A stretch of 25,801 nt of DNA from Chlorokybus atmophyticus (Eukaryota > Plantae > Mesostigma and Chlorokybus algae), in assembly GCA_009103225.1 (NCBI GenBank), contig RHPI01001968.1, forward strand, positions 1 through 25,801, written 5' to 3'. Shown here one piece after another: positions 1 to 11,272 of the stretch. A program made the translations under genes and the position numbers. The notes below the pieces were generated by a model. The model made no database searches. It had not been told where the DNA came from and saw only the letters and a list, made by a program, of their open reading frames with translations. The first letter of the stretch is position 1, and each line of letters begins with the position of its first letter.

Positions 1-34
1 TCCTGCTGCCCCTTCGCCTGCCAATGCCAGCCGT

Positions 35-57
35 TGCCGCCGCCGCCGCCGCCGCCG
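35..57. repeat. (GCC)n trinucleotide microsatellite
   Basis: Seen directly: gccgccgccgccgccgccgccg. Confidence 0.9.
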
Positions 58-1330
58 ACTAGGCCGTGTTTCGTCAGGCTGACATGACACTGCCGCCAAG
101 GCCTGTGCGGACCGTTCTGACTGCAAGTCGAACCACTTTCTCATCGTCATTCAAGTTGAAGCAACGAGGAGAGCTTGTGGCAGCCACCTAGCCACCCACT
201 TGCCCGCATATGCACACACGCATGGGGATGACCCCAGCTTGTGCCATTCTAGTGTTATGTGCATGAAGTGATGATTACTATAAGCAAGTTGCATCGCACA
301 CTTGCTAGTGTGGTTGGATTTATGTGCAACACCATGCACCAATGCGACCTCACTTGCCAAGCGCAGTTGGACATGCGCTGCAAACCTGCTTGCTCCAGAT
401 TGCCAAGCCAGTGGAGCAACAATGTCTGCTACTCGCTGGCCTGTTACTCGTTCTCAATGTGTTTGCTTAAAGTCGGCCTTGACCAGACACAGCTGTGTGT
501 TTCACACAAGCATGCAGGTGCTTGTGCTAGTTTCAACTACACCAGCAAACACAATTTGCAGCACACCTTCAAAGCTTCATTTGCACAGGTAACATGGAGC
601 ACAGCAGAATCCACAAAGCATGCAGTCTACGTACCCATCTTGCTATCTACCTAGATGAGTTGTAGAAAAAGAAAGTTGTACCTGTGTGCACAGAGATACC
701 ACAGCCTCAATACCACAGCCTATGCACTGCCCAAAGCAAAGTTATGAGTAATGTATCAAATGACGCACACAACACCAGCAAACCGGACAACACCCACACA
801 CCCACGTACCACCCACGAGTCATCCCCGCCCCAGGCTTGGTTTGCCTCGGTTTCTCTGGTTGCTCTGCCCTTGAAAAGCACTGCTAGTTGAGCCACTGCT
901 CGTCAACATCTATACGACCACATGCACACCCACTAAGCGATCCCTCTTTATATACAGCACGCCACACTTGCGCATACATCAGCCACAACCCGCACACCGA
1001 CGCCCACAGCACACTGATCAGCACTCCATCTTTTGTACACCCACACGTACAAGCTGCATTCCACTCACCCTCCTCTTGCGTTGTTGACTAGGCCGCATTG
1101 TTGACAGTGCTATGCTTGCCCCCACAGTCAATCACTGAGGCATACAACTTGTCGTGAAGACCATGAAAGGTCGATGCTCCCATATGGGTTGTTGCTGAGC
1201 ACATGCTGCACTGCTGAACTCAAAGCTCAACGCCATGCAGCATGCATAACACACTGCAATAGGGGGAAACAACTGCGCAAAGTTGAACAAGTTGCGGTTG
1301 TTACTCTCACTACGTCAGTCTGAATTAGCC

Positions 1331-2412
1331 TTAAGAACACAACCTACGGATGTCATTGATGAAGAACATGACGACTTTGAACAACAGGACGCACACACCG
1401 GCAACAAAGGCCTTGATGGTAATACTTTTCATCAACCACATGAGTCTGGGCGGAGAGTTGCAGACGTCTTCCAAGTCATGGACTGTGTTTAGGGTGTTGA
1501 ACGGTGTCGTAAGTATCTTGAAATGCTCTTTCTGTCGATGCTGCGCAGGAGGGAGTTGGGTGCGCCGATGCCCTTCAGCACGGTGACCGTCCAGTGCCTT
1601 GTGCATTCGGCTACATTAGAGTACAACTTGGCGCCACCCACACCCACCACGCTTTTGCTGCCTTCCTGCGCAATGCAAAGCATACGCACATGGAGAGAAT
1701 TGTTACTTGTTGTGCTATTCCACTCCCTGTTATACACGCATCTGTACACAGGTTGATGGATGTGCGATTTAAGGTCAAAGACGCACGAATGTGTTTGCAT
1801 GCCGCATTGCAGCATGCGGCATGCTGACATGTAGCTCACAATCTTCGTAGAATGCATCCAGAACTCAATGGCCACTCTGATCGGTTTGCTATACAGTACA
1901 TGCGGCATGTATTGTGAAATGTGTGCACTCTTTCCCATGCTCACCTCAGTACACCACCTTTGCCGTGCGTTGTACTCTGCGACGTAGATGGCTCCATACA
2001 CGTACGCGGCCGCATGCGCGCGAGCAGAGTCTCCCGCAAACACAACACTTATAGCATCGCCGAACTTTGTCAGCCAATACACGTGCATGTGAACACGGAA
2101 CAGCCGCGCTACCCCCATTGCTAAGGCAACGTCTTCTTGTGACAACTTGACCTTTGCCTTACCATTGAACCCGAACAACAATGCCCGTGCTGCATGCTTG
2201 GACCGGTAGTTTCTAGACTTCTCTTCGTGTTTGATCATCTCTAGTGCTCGCTTCGCGTAGCCGATTACGCTGGCTTCACTGCAGTCGTTTGCTTTTGGTG
2301 CAGAATTGCGGATGACTTCCATCAACTCGATGGAGATGGGCGGGCCGAGCTTGCACGCAACCAACATTGCGGTGCATATAACGCCTGGTAGCAGCCAGAA
2401 CTGCTCGCTCAC
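1331..2412 (-). pseudogene. Remnant of a multi-exon protein-coding gene of unknown function, with a weak TFIIB/cyclin-fold-like motif
   Basis: Acceptor cacacag|GTG at 2412 opens VSEQFWLLPGVICTAMLVACKLGPPISIELMEV...KLSQEDVALAMGV. Further exon-like blocks are bounded by gtgagc donors and cag/tag acceptors. The 3' block switches frame near 1520 (RSIDRKS.. to ..KILTTPFNTLNTVHDLEDVC). Third codon positions in 1340-1440 are strongly G/C on the minus strand. Candidate upstream exons lie at about 2682-2790 and 3203-3287. Exon boundaries are uncertain. Confidence 0.5.
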
Positions 2413-3532
2413 CTGTGTGCGTGCATACGCGTGCGCGTGCGTGTCCGTTAAAACCTATGAGTGCACATGCATGTGTGCGCATGTGTTGTATTTTTCTGAA
2501 ACAACAATGAACACACAAGTAGCAAAGACTCACGCACCACTGCACACTTGCCTGTTCGTGTGCAGGCTGCTCAAGTGCATAGTCGTTGGAAACTGCACAG
2601 CTGTCATAGAAAGCGCCTGCTGCACAAGTTGTTGAGTGTTCCAGTGCAATCATTGAACGCAGCAACATGCAGCGGTTGCATACCTTCTGCGCTTGCGCGG
2701 AGCGGCTTCGGCGCCCGCTCTTTGAGTTGTTTGCAAGATGCGCAAGCGGCTCACTTGCATAGCTCTCTGTGCGGATTTTCGCACAATGCCTGCACCGCAA
2801 AGGCTACTTTTGTATGTCAACGTGCGCGTGTCTGTGCATGTGCATATAGTCTACCATTTAGCCTTTGAGAGTAGTGCTTCAATTTTGTAAGTGACAAGCT
2901 AGCGCTGACATGAGGAGGCACGTACCCGTTGTTCTGATGGGCGCGAGACCACCTTGACTGTCTGGCAAGCATATTGGTAGTGCACGCCGGTAGGTGAACT
3001 TCTGCCCATGACACGACTCAAACTTAGTTAAAGCTAAGCGCTTGTGCGGCTGCGCACACAGGCGTACACCAATGTACACACTCACATGTACACTAACGCC
3101 TGCAACCCATGCACCCAAGCACGCGCTCACGCGATAATGCACACAGCCTGCACTGGAGCCCGCACATGCACACAAGTCTTGGACAATGCTGCTGGCACTT
3201 ACTGCATAGTGTTGCAGAAGTTGCCATCACCATGTCGACTGTTGAGCGGCGCCAGCTAGCTCTGATAGACACGGTGTGGATGTCAGCCTGCGGCTACACA
3301 TGCGAGTGAAAACGTTGCCATGAATGCACGTGGGAGAGACGTCCAGCAAAGCTCTTGTTGACAAGGGGCAGTCATCATCAAGCAGCATGCCCACCACACC
3401 TGGCTCAACGGGCTCTGACCGGGCGACCACCGTAGGGGCGTCCACACCAGTGCCCAGCCACCGGCAGCAGCAGCTCCGCCTCCGTTTCAGGAAGACGCCA
3501 AGCTTAGCTGGAGCCCACCACCACGCCCCACC

Positions 3533-3591
3533 ACACCGCCACCGCCACCGCCACCGCCACCAGGCCAGCAGGCGCTCAGCTCAGCTCAGCT
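3533..3591. repeat. (CCACCG)n and (AGCTC)n simple repeats abutting the assembly gap
   Basis: Seen directly. Confidence 0.8.
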
Positions 3592-4494
3592 NNNNNNNNN
3601 NNNNNNNNNNNNNNNNNNNNNNNNNNNNNNNNNNNNNNNNNNNNNNNNNNNNNNNNNNNNNNNNNNNNNNNNNNNNNNNNNNNNNNNNNNNNNNNNNNNN
3701 NNNNNNNNNNNNNNNNNNNNNNNNNNNNNNNNNNNNNNNNNNNNNNNNNNNNNNNNNNNNNNNNNNNNNNNNNNNNNNNNNNNNNNNNNNNNNNNNNNNN
3801 NNNNNNNNNNNNNNNNNNNNNNNNNNNNNNNNNNNNNNNNNNNNNNNNNNNNNNNNNNNNNNNNNNNNNNNNNNNNNNNNNNNNNNNNNNNNNNNNNNNN
3901 NNNNNNNNNNNNNNNNNNNNNNNNNNNNNNNNNNNNNNNNNNNNNNNNNNNNNNNNNNNNNNNNNNNNNNNNNNNNNNNNNNNNNNNNNNNNNNNNNNNN
4001 NNNNNNNNNNNNNNNNNNNNNNNNNNNNNNNNNNNNNNNNNNNNNNNNNNNNNNNNNNNNNNNNNNNNNNNNNNNNNNNNNNNNNNNNNNNNNNNNNNNN
4101 NNNNNNNNNNNNNNNNNNNNNNNNNNNNNNNNNNNNNNNNNNNNNNNNNNNNNNNNNNNNNNNNNNNNNNNNNNNNNNNNNNNNNNNNNNNNNNNNNNNN
4201 NNNNNNNNNNNNNNNNNNNNNNNNNNNNNNNNNNNNNNNNNNNNNNNNNNNNNNNNNNNNNNNNNNNNNNNNNNNNNNNNNNNNNNNNNNNNNNNNNNNN
4301 NNNNNNNNNNNNNNNNNNNNNNNNNNNNNNNNNNNNNNNNNNNNNNNNNNNNNNNNNNNNNNNNNNNNNNNNNNNNNNNNNNNNNNNNNNNNNNNNNNNN
4401 NNNNNNNNNNNNNNNNNNNNNNNNNNNNNNNNNNNNNNNNNNNNNNNNNNNNNNNNNNNNNNNNNNNNNNNNNNNNNNNNNNNNNNNNNNNNNN
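3592..4494. other. Assembly gap (N run, 903 nt)
   Basis: N characters. Confidence 1.
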
Positions 4495-5109
4495 GCAACA
4501 AGTAAGTCACGATGCAGTGCTTCCTTGTGCAATCCTTTGACATTTGTTGGGGTTCGGGTGCATGACGTCAGTGTCTGGCGTTGCATCTTGATGTGTACCA
4601 GCTTGTGTAAATGTCACGGAAGATGTGCACGCCCGCATCAAAAAAACTGCATGGTTCAGAACTTGATGTGACATGTTACCATCCTGGCCCATGCGTTAGT
4701 CGCACAGTTGTGACGATGCCTAGCACATGCAAACCAACTTGCGTTTCAGTTAACGCTTGGGGTATCGCCTTCGCCGTCCTTTCTGCAACACTTTCCTGCA
4801 CAATATTCTTTCTGAGACCACAGCTTAGTCTGGCATCAATCTGGCATTCGCAGTTGCTTGGTAAGCATATCACACCAGCTACATTGTGGTGTTAACAACA
4901 TGTGTCTTTCAGTCTGATACACTCCGGAGTTTATCTCTGCTCCTTTTGTAGGTAGGCGAAACATCTGTCACCAGCGACAGCACCACAGCCCACTTGTTCC
5001 AGCTACTATACCACTGCAGCTGGCTGTTTTCTGCTTCAAACCTCAAACAGGTGTTTCATACGTTTCCCCATGCATTGTTGTCACCATGATGCAGACCAAC
5101 TACTGAGAT

Positions 5110-5111
<2 letters not shown>

Positions 5112-5189
<78 letters not shown>
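5112..5189. repeat. (CT)n microsatellite
   Basis: Seen directly. Confidence 0.98.
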
Positions 5190-5194
<5 letters not shown>

Positions 5195-5357
5195 GCTGCA
5201 ACCACCTCTGCATCAGTAATACGCACCCGTTCAGTGGGTGATTAGTTGTCTGCTGCATGGACTGCTATGCACTATGAACTGGACACACTCGCTTCCAGTG
5301 CCGCAACCATCTAGCAACTGACTGACCCTTTCTGACTCATGCAGTCAGGCTGCCAGC

Positions 5358-6411
5358 ATGCAAAGTGTGACGCAGAGTGCCACGGCGATGGTCAGTCGCA
5401 CCACTCTTGGGAGCAGCAGAAGACCTGCATTGAAAAGTTCCACGCCACCGGCCTTGTTGGTTCGACAGAAAAAGCATACCTTTAGACCACGCTGCAGTTT
5501 CTCCAATGGGGGAGATGCCAATGAAGAGGATGATGGCGCGCCAGAGTGGGTACGTTAGGCAATGACTCAGTCAGTTTACATGCTGCTGTAATTGGTCACA
5601 GATAGTGGAAGTCCACCATGCAATCTTGTTCGTAGCGTTACAATTAGCTAACACGCATACGCTTCTCTTGTTAGCTAGCCTCCAGTGAGGCTAGGCCGTC
5701 TGACCAAGGCTTTGTCAAGCCCGATTCTCAGCATGTCCGGTTGCTTGTGGCAGTTCAAAAAGTTCAGGCAGGAAGCTGCCAAGGCATTTGGCAGGATGAA
5801 GGAGCTGGAGCAGTTATCTGTTAGCCAGCAGAAGGCCATATCCGCACTGGTCGCAGCTTCCGGAATTATGGCCGAATCTCAACTCATGGCGTATGTTCCC
5901 CGTGAGGTGGAGAACTACACCAACATACATTGCCGGTTGAAGAAGTACAATGACGGCCGCCTTTTCTCTGATGTTGACAGGATTTTAGAATTTTATGACA
6001 AGTGGGGCCTGCCAACAAACAAGGCTGCTTTGGTTGCAAAGTTGATTGCTGTGGTAAGTGCCATGGCAAGTACAGTTTTATTGTTGCTTGCTCAAGTTGT
6101 GTGAACTCGACTCTTTGCTCGAATGATCATCCATTGGATGGTTACTGACTGTGATAACTGCTTTAGGATGCAATTCGGCAGGGTTTCATTGCTGTCCTGT
6201 GGCGCTTAAGGCTACGACAAACCAGATCGTTGCCCATATCAAAGCCAACAAGGGGCGCTCTGTGCTGGATGTCACGGATGTTACAGAGACGTACCACCAA
6301 CTTCAGCGCGTACTGGAGCTACGAGGCATGAAGGAGGCTACTGGCCTTGCAGGAGACTTGCAAGACATGATCAAGGAACACCTGAACTGTGATGCGCGCA
6401 AAACATTCCAG
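5358..6411 (+). pseudogene. Three-exon gene remnant with a chloroplast-transit-peptide-like N-terminus, frameshifted and truncated by a retrotransposon
   Basis: Exon 1 (5358-5549) is Ser/Thr/Arg-rich (MQSVTQSATAMVSRTTLGSSRRPALKSS..RPRCSFS) and ends at donor gtacgt. A ctaac branch site and ctag acceptor put exon 2 (5679-6053, donor gtaagt) in frame. Exon 3 starts at 6167 (tttag|GAT) and appears to shift frame near 6200 into a helical stretch (ALKATTNQIVAHIK...DMIKEHL). It runs straight into gypsy integrase sequence at ~6412. Product not recognised. Confidence 0.6.
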
Positions 6412-7674
6412 CGTGGCTGGCGATGGGCTATCGCATGACGCGGCAGGCTGCGTTGAGCTCATACAGCCCCTACTTTTTATTCTATGGGAGAGAGCCTATA
6501 CTGCCAACATCAATCTGGAGACAGGTTGAGCAGGAGCTTGACTTGGAGGATCCCACTGTGTGGGAGAAGGAGATGGCGAAGTGTGCGGAGCTGTTTCGGC
6601 GTGTGATGCCAATCGCACTTGGCAACTTGCAAGTGGCGCAACACCGCGACACGTTGCGCTATGCCAGGGTGAGGAGTGGCTTCTACAAGCCTGACTGCAG
6701 AAGTTCCAGCCAGGTGACTTTGTGTACCTGCAGAGAAAGACCAAGGACACGCTGGATACGAGTGCGAGTCGCACCATCCTTCGTGTGAAGAAGCTCCTCA
6801 ACAACGGTGTGTTGTTGTTGGAGGGAGCTGATGCCAGGACCACCAAGGAGCACATGAAGAGCTGCGCTCCTTGCCATCTGCCAAACGTGAATGACAGTGT
6901 GGATCCGGCTCTGGCAATAACAGATGTGGGTCACCGTTGTGAACGGTGTGGCCGAGCAGAGGGCTGGGACACCATGCTTCTATGAGACAGGTGTGTTGCC
7001 GGTTGGCACATGGAGTGCCTTCGTTCACCACTTGAGGAGATCCCTGATGAAGCATGGTACTGTCCAGAGTGTACGAGGACTACGTGAGCGTGTGAGTCAG
7101 CTGAAGGCGCACGAGGGCGTTGGCGCTCAGCTGCAGGGGGTAGTGATACGCAATTTTCACTATGTGTGTTCCTATGTGATGAGAGGCAGTGCATGAGATA
7201 GCATGACATGGTTTCATGGTGTACAATAGCATGCGGACATGCATGACAAGGTGGTTTACAACGAGTTCGAGCCACGATAAGGGAAGGCACGACAGCTGTC
7301 ATGCGCGAGCATGTAGTGTCATGTGCATGGTGCCCTCGGGGCTGGCGGCATGGATGGACCTTGGGATTTCGGCTCTCGTAGCCATTTTACAGGGTTTATG
7401 TGTTGGGTTTTTGGTGGGAACTCATGTTTGGATCCTCATGGACGTGAGGGAGGTGTGTTCGAGGCGTATCTACAGTCAGATACCGAGCTGACAGCATATT
7501 TGAGTCATTATGGTATCCCGCGCAGCTGTTTTGGAGTTGTGACTTTGAGAAGCCATAACTTACAGTTGGAGTGGCGGTTTGGCCGTGGGTTGGCGTCACA
7601 AGATGCGTCTTGAAGTGTACTTGAAGAGGATAGGCTGAGATAAGCCTTTCCTAACCGTCTACCGTTACTTATCA
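6412..7674 (+). mobile_element. Ty3/gypsy LTR retrotransposon 3' fragment: integrase C-terminus, PHD finger, PPT and 3' LTR
   Basis: WLAMGYRMTRQAALSSYSPYFLFYGREPILP and KFQPGDFVYL are typical post-catalytic gypsy integrase motifs. There is a frameshift near 6695. A C4HC3 PHD lies at 6938-7072 with TGA replacing one Cys (6983-6985), and the final stop is at 7085-7087. Confidence 0.85.
7144..7674 (+). repeat. Putative 3' LTR of the PHD-gypsy element (TGATA...TATCA)
   Basis: Preceded by purine tract gcagggggtag (7133-7143); 5-bp inverted termini. No 5' LTR in the window to confirm the boundaries. Confidence 0.6.
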
Positions 7675-7696
7675 ACGCCATCATGCCTACCTTTTG

Positions 7697-7853
7697 CAAG
7701 GGGACACGCATCTTTCACTATGTGTGTCTACCATGTGATGAGAGGCAGTGCACGAGATAGCATGACATGGTCTCATGGTGTACAATAGCATGCGGACATG
7801 CATGACAAGGTGGTTTACAACGAGTTCGAGCCACGATGAGGGAAGGCACGACA
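7697..7853 (+). repeat. Second, diverged copy of the PPT plus the first ~150 bp of the same LTR
   Basis: Close match to 7132-7293 (tttcactatgtgtgt...gagccacgat.agggaaggcacgaca). Confidence 0.9.
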
Positions 7854-10207
7854 ACCTGAAGACGTCGAGAAGACGGCTTTCAACACTCGGTACGGCCACT
7901 ACGAGTGGTGGTGACGTCCTTTGGCATGACAAACGCTCCGGCAACCTTTCAAACTTTGATGAATGAGGTCTTTGCTGATCTGATTGGCAAGGGTGTGCTA
8001 GTGTACCTCGACGACATCCTTGTGTACACGAAGAGCAAGAGGGAGCACGTGGTGTTGCTGCGCAAGGTGATGCAGCGTTTACGTCTACACAAGTTGTTTG
8101 CTCAGCTCAACAAGTGCTGCTTCTTGCTTGAGGAGGTAGAGTACCTTGGCCACATTGTATCCAAGCAAGGAATTAAGGCGGACCCGAACAAGATTGCCGC
8201 GATGCGCAATTGGGCTACTCCGAAGGACGTGAAGGGGGTCATGTCGTTCCTAGGGCTTGCCGGCTACTATCGCAAGTTTGTGAAGGGCTTCTCGCACTTG
8301 GCGGCATCGTTGACGGCGTTGCTAAGAAAGGGGGTGGCTTGGAGCTGGTCGGAGGCTGCAACAAAGGCATTTTCTGACTTGAAAGCGGCCCTAACAACGG
8401 CTCCCGTGCTGCAACATCCCAACATGCAATTGCCCTTCGTGGTGGCGTGCGATGCGTCCGACAAGGCCATTGGGGCAGTTTTGCAGCAAGATCACGGCAA
8501 CGGCTTGCAACCGGTGGCCTATTTCAGCAAGAAGATGAGCGGATCTGAGCTCAATCACCCCGTTCATGAGAAGGAATTGTTAGCGCAGATACTAGCGCTA
8601 CGGCAATGGCGTTGTTTCCTTGAAGGCAAGCGCTTCAAACTTGAAACGGACCACTCGCCATTGAGGTACCTTCAAACCTAGCCTCATCTCTCGCGTCGGC
8701 AAGCTCGTTGGCTTGAGTTCTTCCAACTCCTTGACTTTGAAGTGAAGTACAAGCCCGGCTCTTCAAACAAGGTGGCGGACGCGTTGAGTCGCCAACTCAA
8801 TGCGCTCGAAACGGTGGTGCAAGTGCAGCCTGCGTGGTTGGATCAGATCCGAGCCTTGTTGCACGAGGACGCGGTAGGTGACAAGACTATCAAGGCGCTG
8901 GAGAATGGGTCTAAGCATAGTGGCCTCTGGGCATTGAAGGAGGGGCTGCTATGGCATGGCGATCGCATGTACATAACCAACATTGCGCATATGCGCGTAG
9001 CATTGATGCGAGAAGCGCATGACGTGCCAATGGCTGGTCATCAAGGGCTGGAACGGACGTTGGCCTTGTTGAAACAGAGAGTTTTCTGGTCGAAAATGCA
9101 TCGTGATGTTAAAGACTATGTGGCATTGTGCGGCACTTGTCAAAGGGTGAAGGCGAGCAATTAACGCACCAGTGGGCTGCTCCAACCATTGCCAATACCT
9201 TTGACGAAGTGGGAGCAAGTTACTCTCGACTTCATTACGGGGCTGCCACGTACACGCGAAGGGCATGATGCTATCTTAGTGTTTGTGGACAAGACCAGCA
9301 AAATGGTGCGATTGGCGCCATGTACGGAGACTTGCACGGCTCCTGAGGCTGCCAAGTTGTTCATCAAGCATGTGGTGCGGTCTCATGGCCTTCCAAGGAA
9401 CATTGTAAGTGACAGAGACCCGCGGTTTACTGGCAACTTTTGGAGAGCTCTCCACTCAGCTTTAGGCACGAGCTTGAAGTTCAGCACCGCGTACCACCCC
9501 GAAACGGACGGCCAAACTGAGCGCGCCAACCGCGTGATTGAGGACATGTTACGGCGCTATGTGAACATCCGTCAAGACAATTGGGGAGACATGCTGGAGC
9601 TGACCGAGTTCACCAACAACCACAAAAGTGCAAGCACGAGCGTGACACCTTTCCTCATGAACTACGGGCAACAACCTTTGACGCCATTGACGGCGTGGGA
9701 ACCTAGCATGCAAAGCTCCAACGTGGAGGCCGTGGATGGCTTTCTTGTGAGGTGTGCAGACATTACCAAGGCAGCTCGTGAGGCTCTAATTATGGCACAA
9801 AACAGGCAAAAGCAATACGCCGATGCACATCGCAAGCATGTTATCTTTTCGGAGGGTGATCGTGTGATGCTCTCTACGAAGCATGTGCAGCTGGTCACAG
9901 GTGTGCGCAAGCTGAGTGAGCGATGTTTGGGGCCTTTCAATGTAATCAAGGTCATCTCAGAGGTAGCGTACAAGCTGGAGGTGCCCGATACCATGCACGT
10001 GCACCCCGTTTTTTATGTCTCGCTCCTTAAAGCTTACAAGGGGGAGACGCCACCTCGCCCGCCTCCGGTTTTTGTTCGTGAGGGCCAAGCTGAGTGGGAG
10101 GTGTGCGCAAGTATTTGGTAAAGTGGCGCGGCTATCCATGCACGAGGCTACGTACGAACCCGAGGAGAGTTTCACCAACGCCGAACAGATTTTGCAGGAG
10201 TACAAGG
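7852..10207 (+). mobile_element. pol: 5'-truncated Ty3/gypsy chromovirus pol (RT, RNase H, integrase, chromodomain), inactivated
   Basis: RT motifs PEDVEKTAF, FGMTNAPATFQ and YLDDILVY. RNase H motifs DASDKAIGAVL and TDHSPL. Integrase HHCC (AHDVPMAGH..CGTC) and D,D35E (LDFITG, SDRD, QTERANR). The chromodomain is split over three frames (EWEV / RKYLVKWRGYP / HEATYEPEESFTNAEQILQEY). Lesions: frameshift ~7908, TAG 8679-8681, TAA 9162-9164, indels ~10103 and ~10136. gag and protease are absent. Confidence 0.97.
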
Positions 10208-10250
10208 CCAAGGGAGGCACTCGTCAGCTTCGAGGGCGAAGCTTCCTTTT

Positions 10251-10261
10251 AGGGGAAGGGG
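10251..10261 (+). promoter_or_regulatory. Polypurine tract of the chromovirus
   Basis: aggggaagggg lies immediately before TGTTACA. Confidence 0.85.
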
Positions 10262-10650
10262 TGTTACAGCCTGGACCCTTTTCCATAGTTTAGTGCATGT
10301 ATAATACGTGTTTTACCCTTTTCTGGCTTAATAAAGGGTTTTGTAAGGCTTTATTGGGCCCTACGCGCCGGCTCTACTGCAGCGCGCGACTTCGCCTTCG
10401 CCAGCAGCTGCCAACCTGCGACGTGCTTGCCGCGGCATGTGCCGTCACACCTAAGTAGACTGTGCCAGGTGACGCGGACTTCGCAGTCAGCTACCTGCTG
10501 TGCAGTACCTTACGACGCGGAATGCACAGTCAGTTGCCGCGTGAAAGGTACCCAACGCGAGGGGCAGCAGCCTGCACTTATACAATCCTTTGGATCTGGT
10601 AAATCATGAACAAAATGCCTGGTTATTAACCTGCTTAGTTTTGGTGCTGG

Positions 10651-10658
10651 TATAAATA
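10651..10658 (+). promoter_or_regulatory. TATA box (TATAAATA) in the putative LTR
   Basis: tataaatagg is a typical plant LTR promoter context. Confidence 0.6.
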
Positions 10659-11002
10659 GGAAAACCTCACGGCTTGTGTAATACAACCAACTTTGCTTTC
10701 TGCTCTCTGCTGTGAGTATACTGATGTATGCTTGAGAGAGGCGTGATCCAAGACACTCTGCTGCGTTCTTGCTGGGTGTGAGAAGTAGTAGTGTTTGTGT
10801 GCGTGTGCGCGCTCAACGCAAGCGTATGCGCGAGGGAAGGCAAGGTTCCGGTGTGAAGACTGTGCTCAGTATGCACACATGTGTTGTATGACTTGTGTGC
10901 TGTGTATGTGAGCACGAGCATCGTTACAGCGGAGGTCTAACTTTCCACCCTCTGGTGCGGATGTATTGCAGATGGGTGGGGCAACAAAAAGGGGAGGGAG
11001 AG

Positions 11003-11272
11003 ATGGTCGCCCGTGCTGCTGTTATGGCTATTGTTGACGTAGGTAAAGTTGGACACGACACAGACCACATTGCGTATGCAGTGTCCATGGCTTTTCCGGA
11101 GGGTGATGACCCAAGCGGTGTTCCGCCGGACATCTTGCCACAAGTTGCTGGCCTTGCAGTATACCTGGCGCAGCATTATGCCGAACTGCATCAGCTAGCA
11201 AAGGTGGAGAGTATGCATCATAGACTCCTACGCATGACGTGTCGGCTTGAAACTCAAGACATGGACACGTAA
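11003..11272 (+). CDS. Hypothetical 89-aa protein inside the putative LTR, downstream of a canonical intron (10712-10971)
   Basis: Open ORF MVARAAVMAIVDVGKVGHDTDHIAYAVSMAFPEGDDPSGVPPDILPQVAGLAVYLAQHYAELHQLAKVESM... Donor GTGAGT at 10712, branch CTAAC at ~10937, acceptor TTGCAG ending at 10971. Confidence 0.4.
   Translation: MVARAAVMAIVDVGKVGHDTDHIAYAVSMAFPEGDDPSGVPPDILPQVAGLAVYLAQHYAELHQLAKVESMHHRLLRMTCRLETQDMDT

Noticed and set aside
1283-1492. Plus-strand acidic ORF (MNKLRLLL...DEEHDDFEQQ)
   Set aside because: It is the antisense shadow of the minus-strand remnant; the G/C third-position bias lies on the minus strand.
3324-4586. Long ORFs of 320-393 aa spanning 3.3-4.6 kb (likewise those at 13792-14334)
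   Set aside because: They are artefacts of translating N runs.
4497-4870. Cys-rich minus-strand frame interrupted only by TGA, suggesting a selenoprotein or recoding
   Set aside because: The frame breaks at the 7-A run (4630-4636), no SECIS-like stem was seen and no family was recognisable; decay or chance is more likely.
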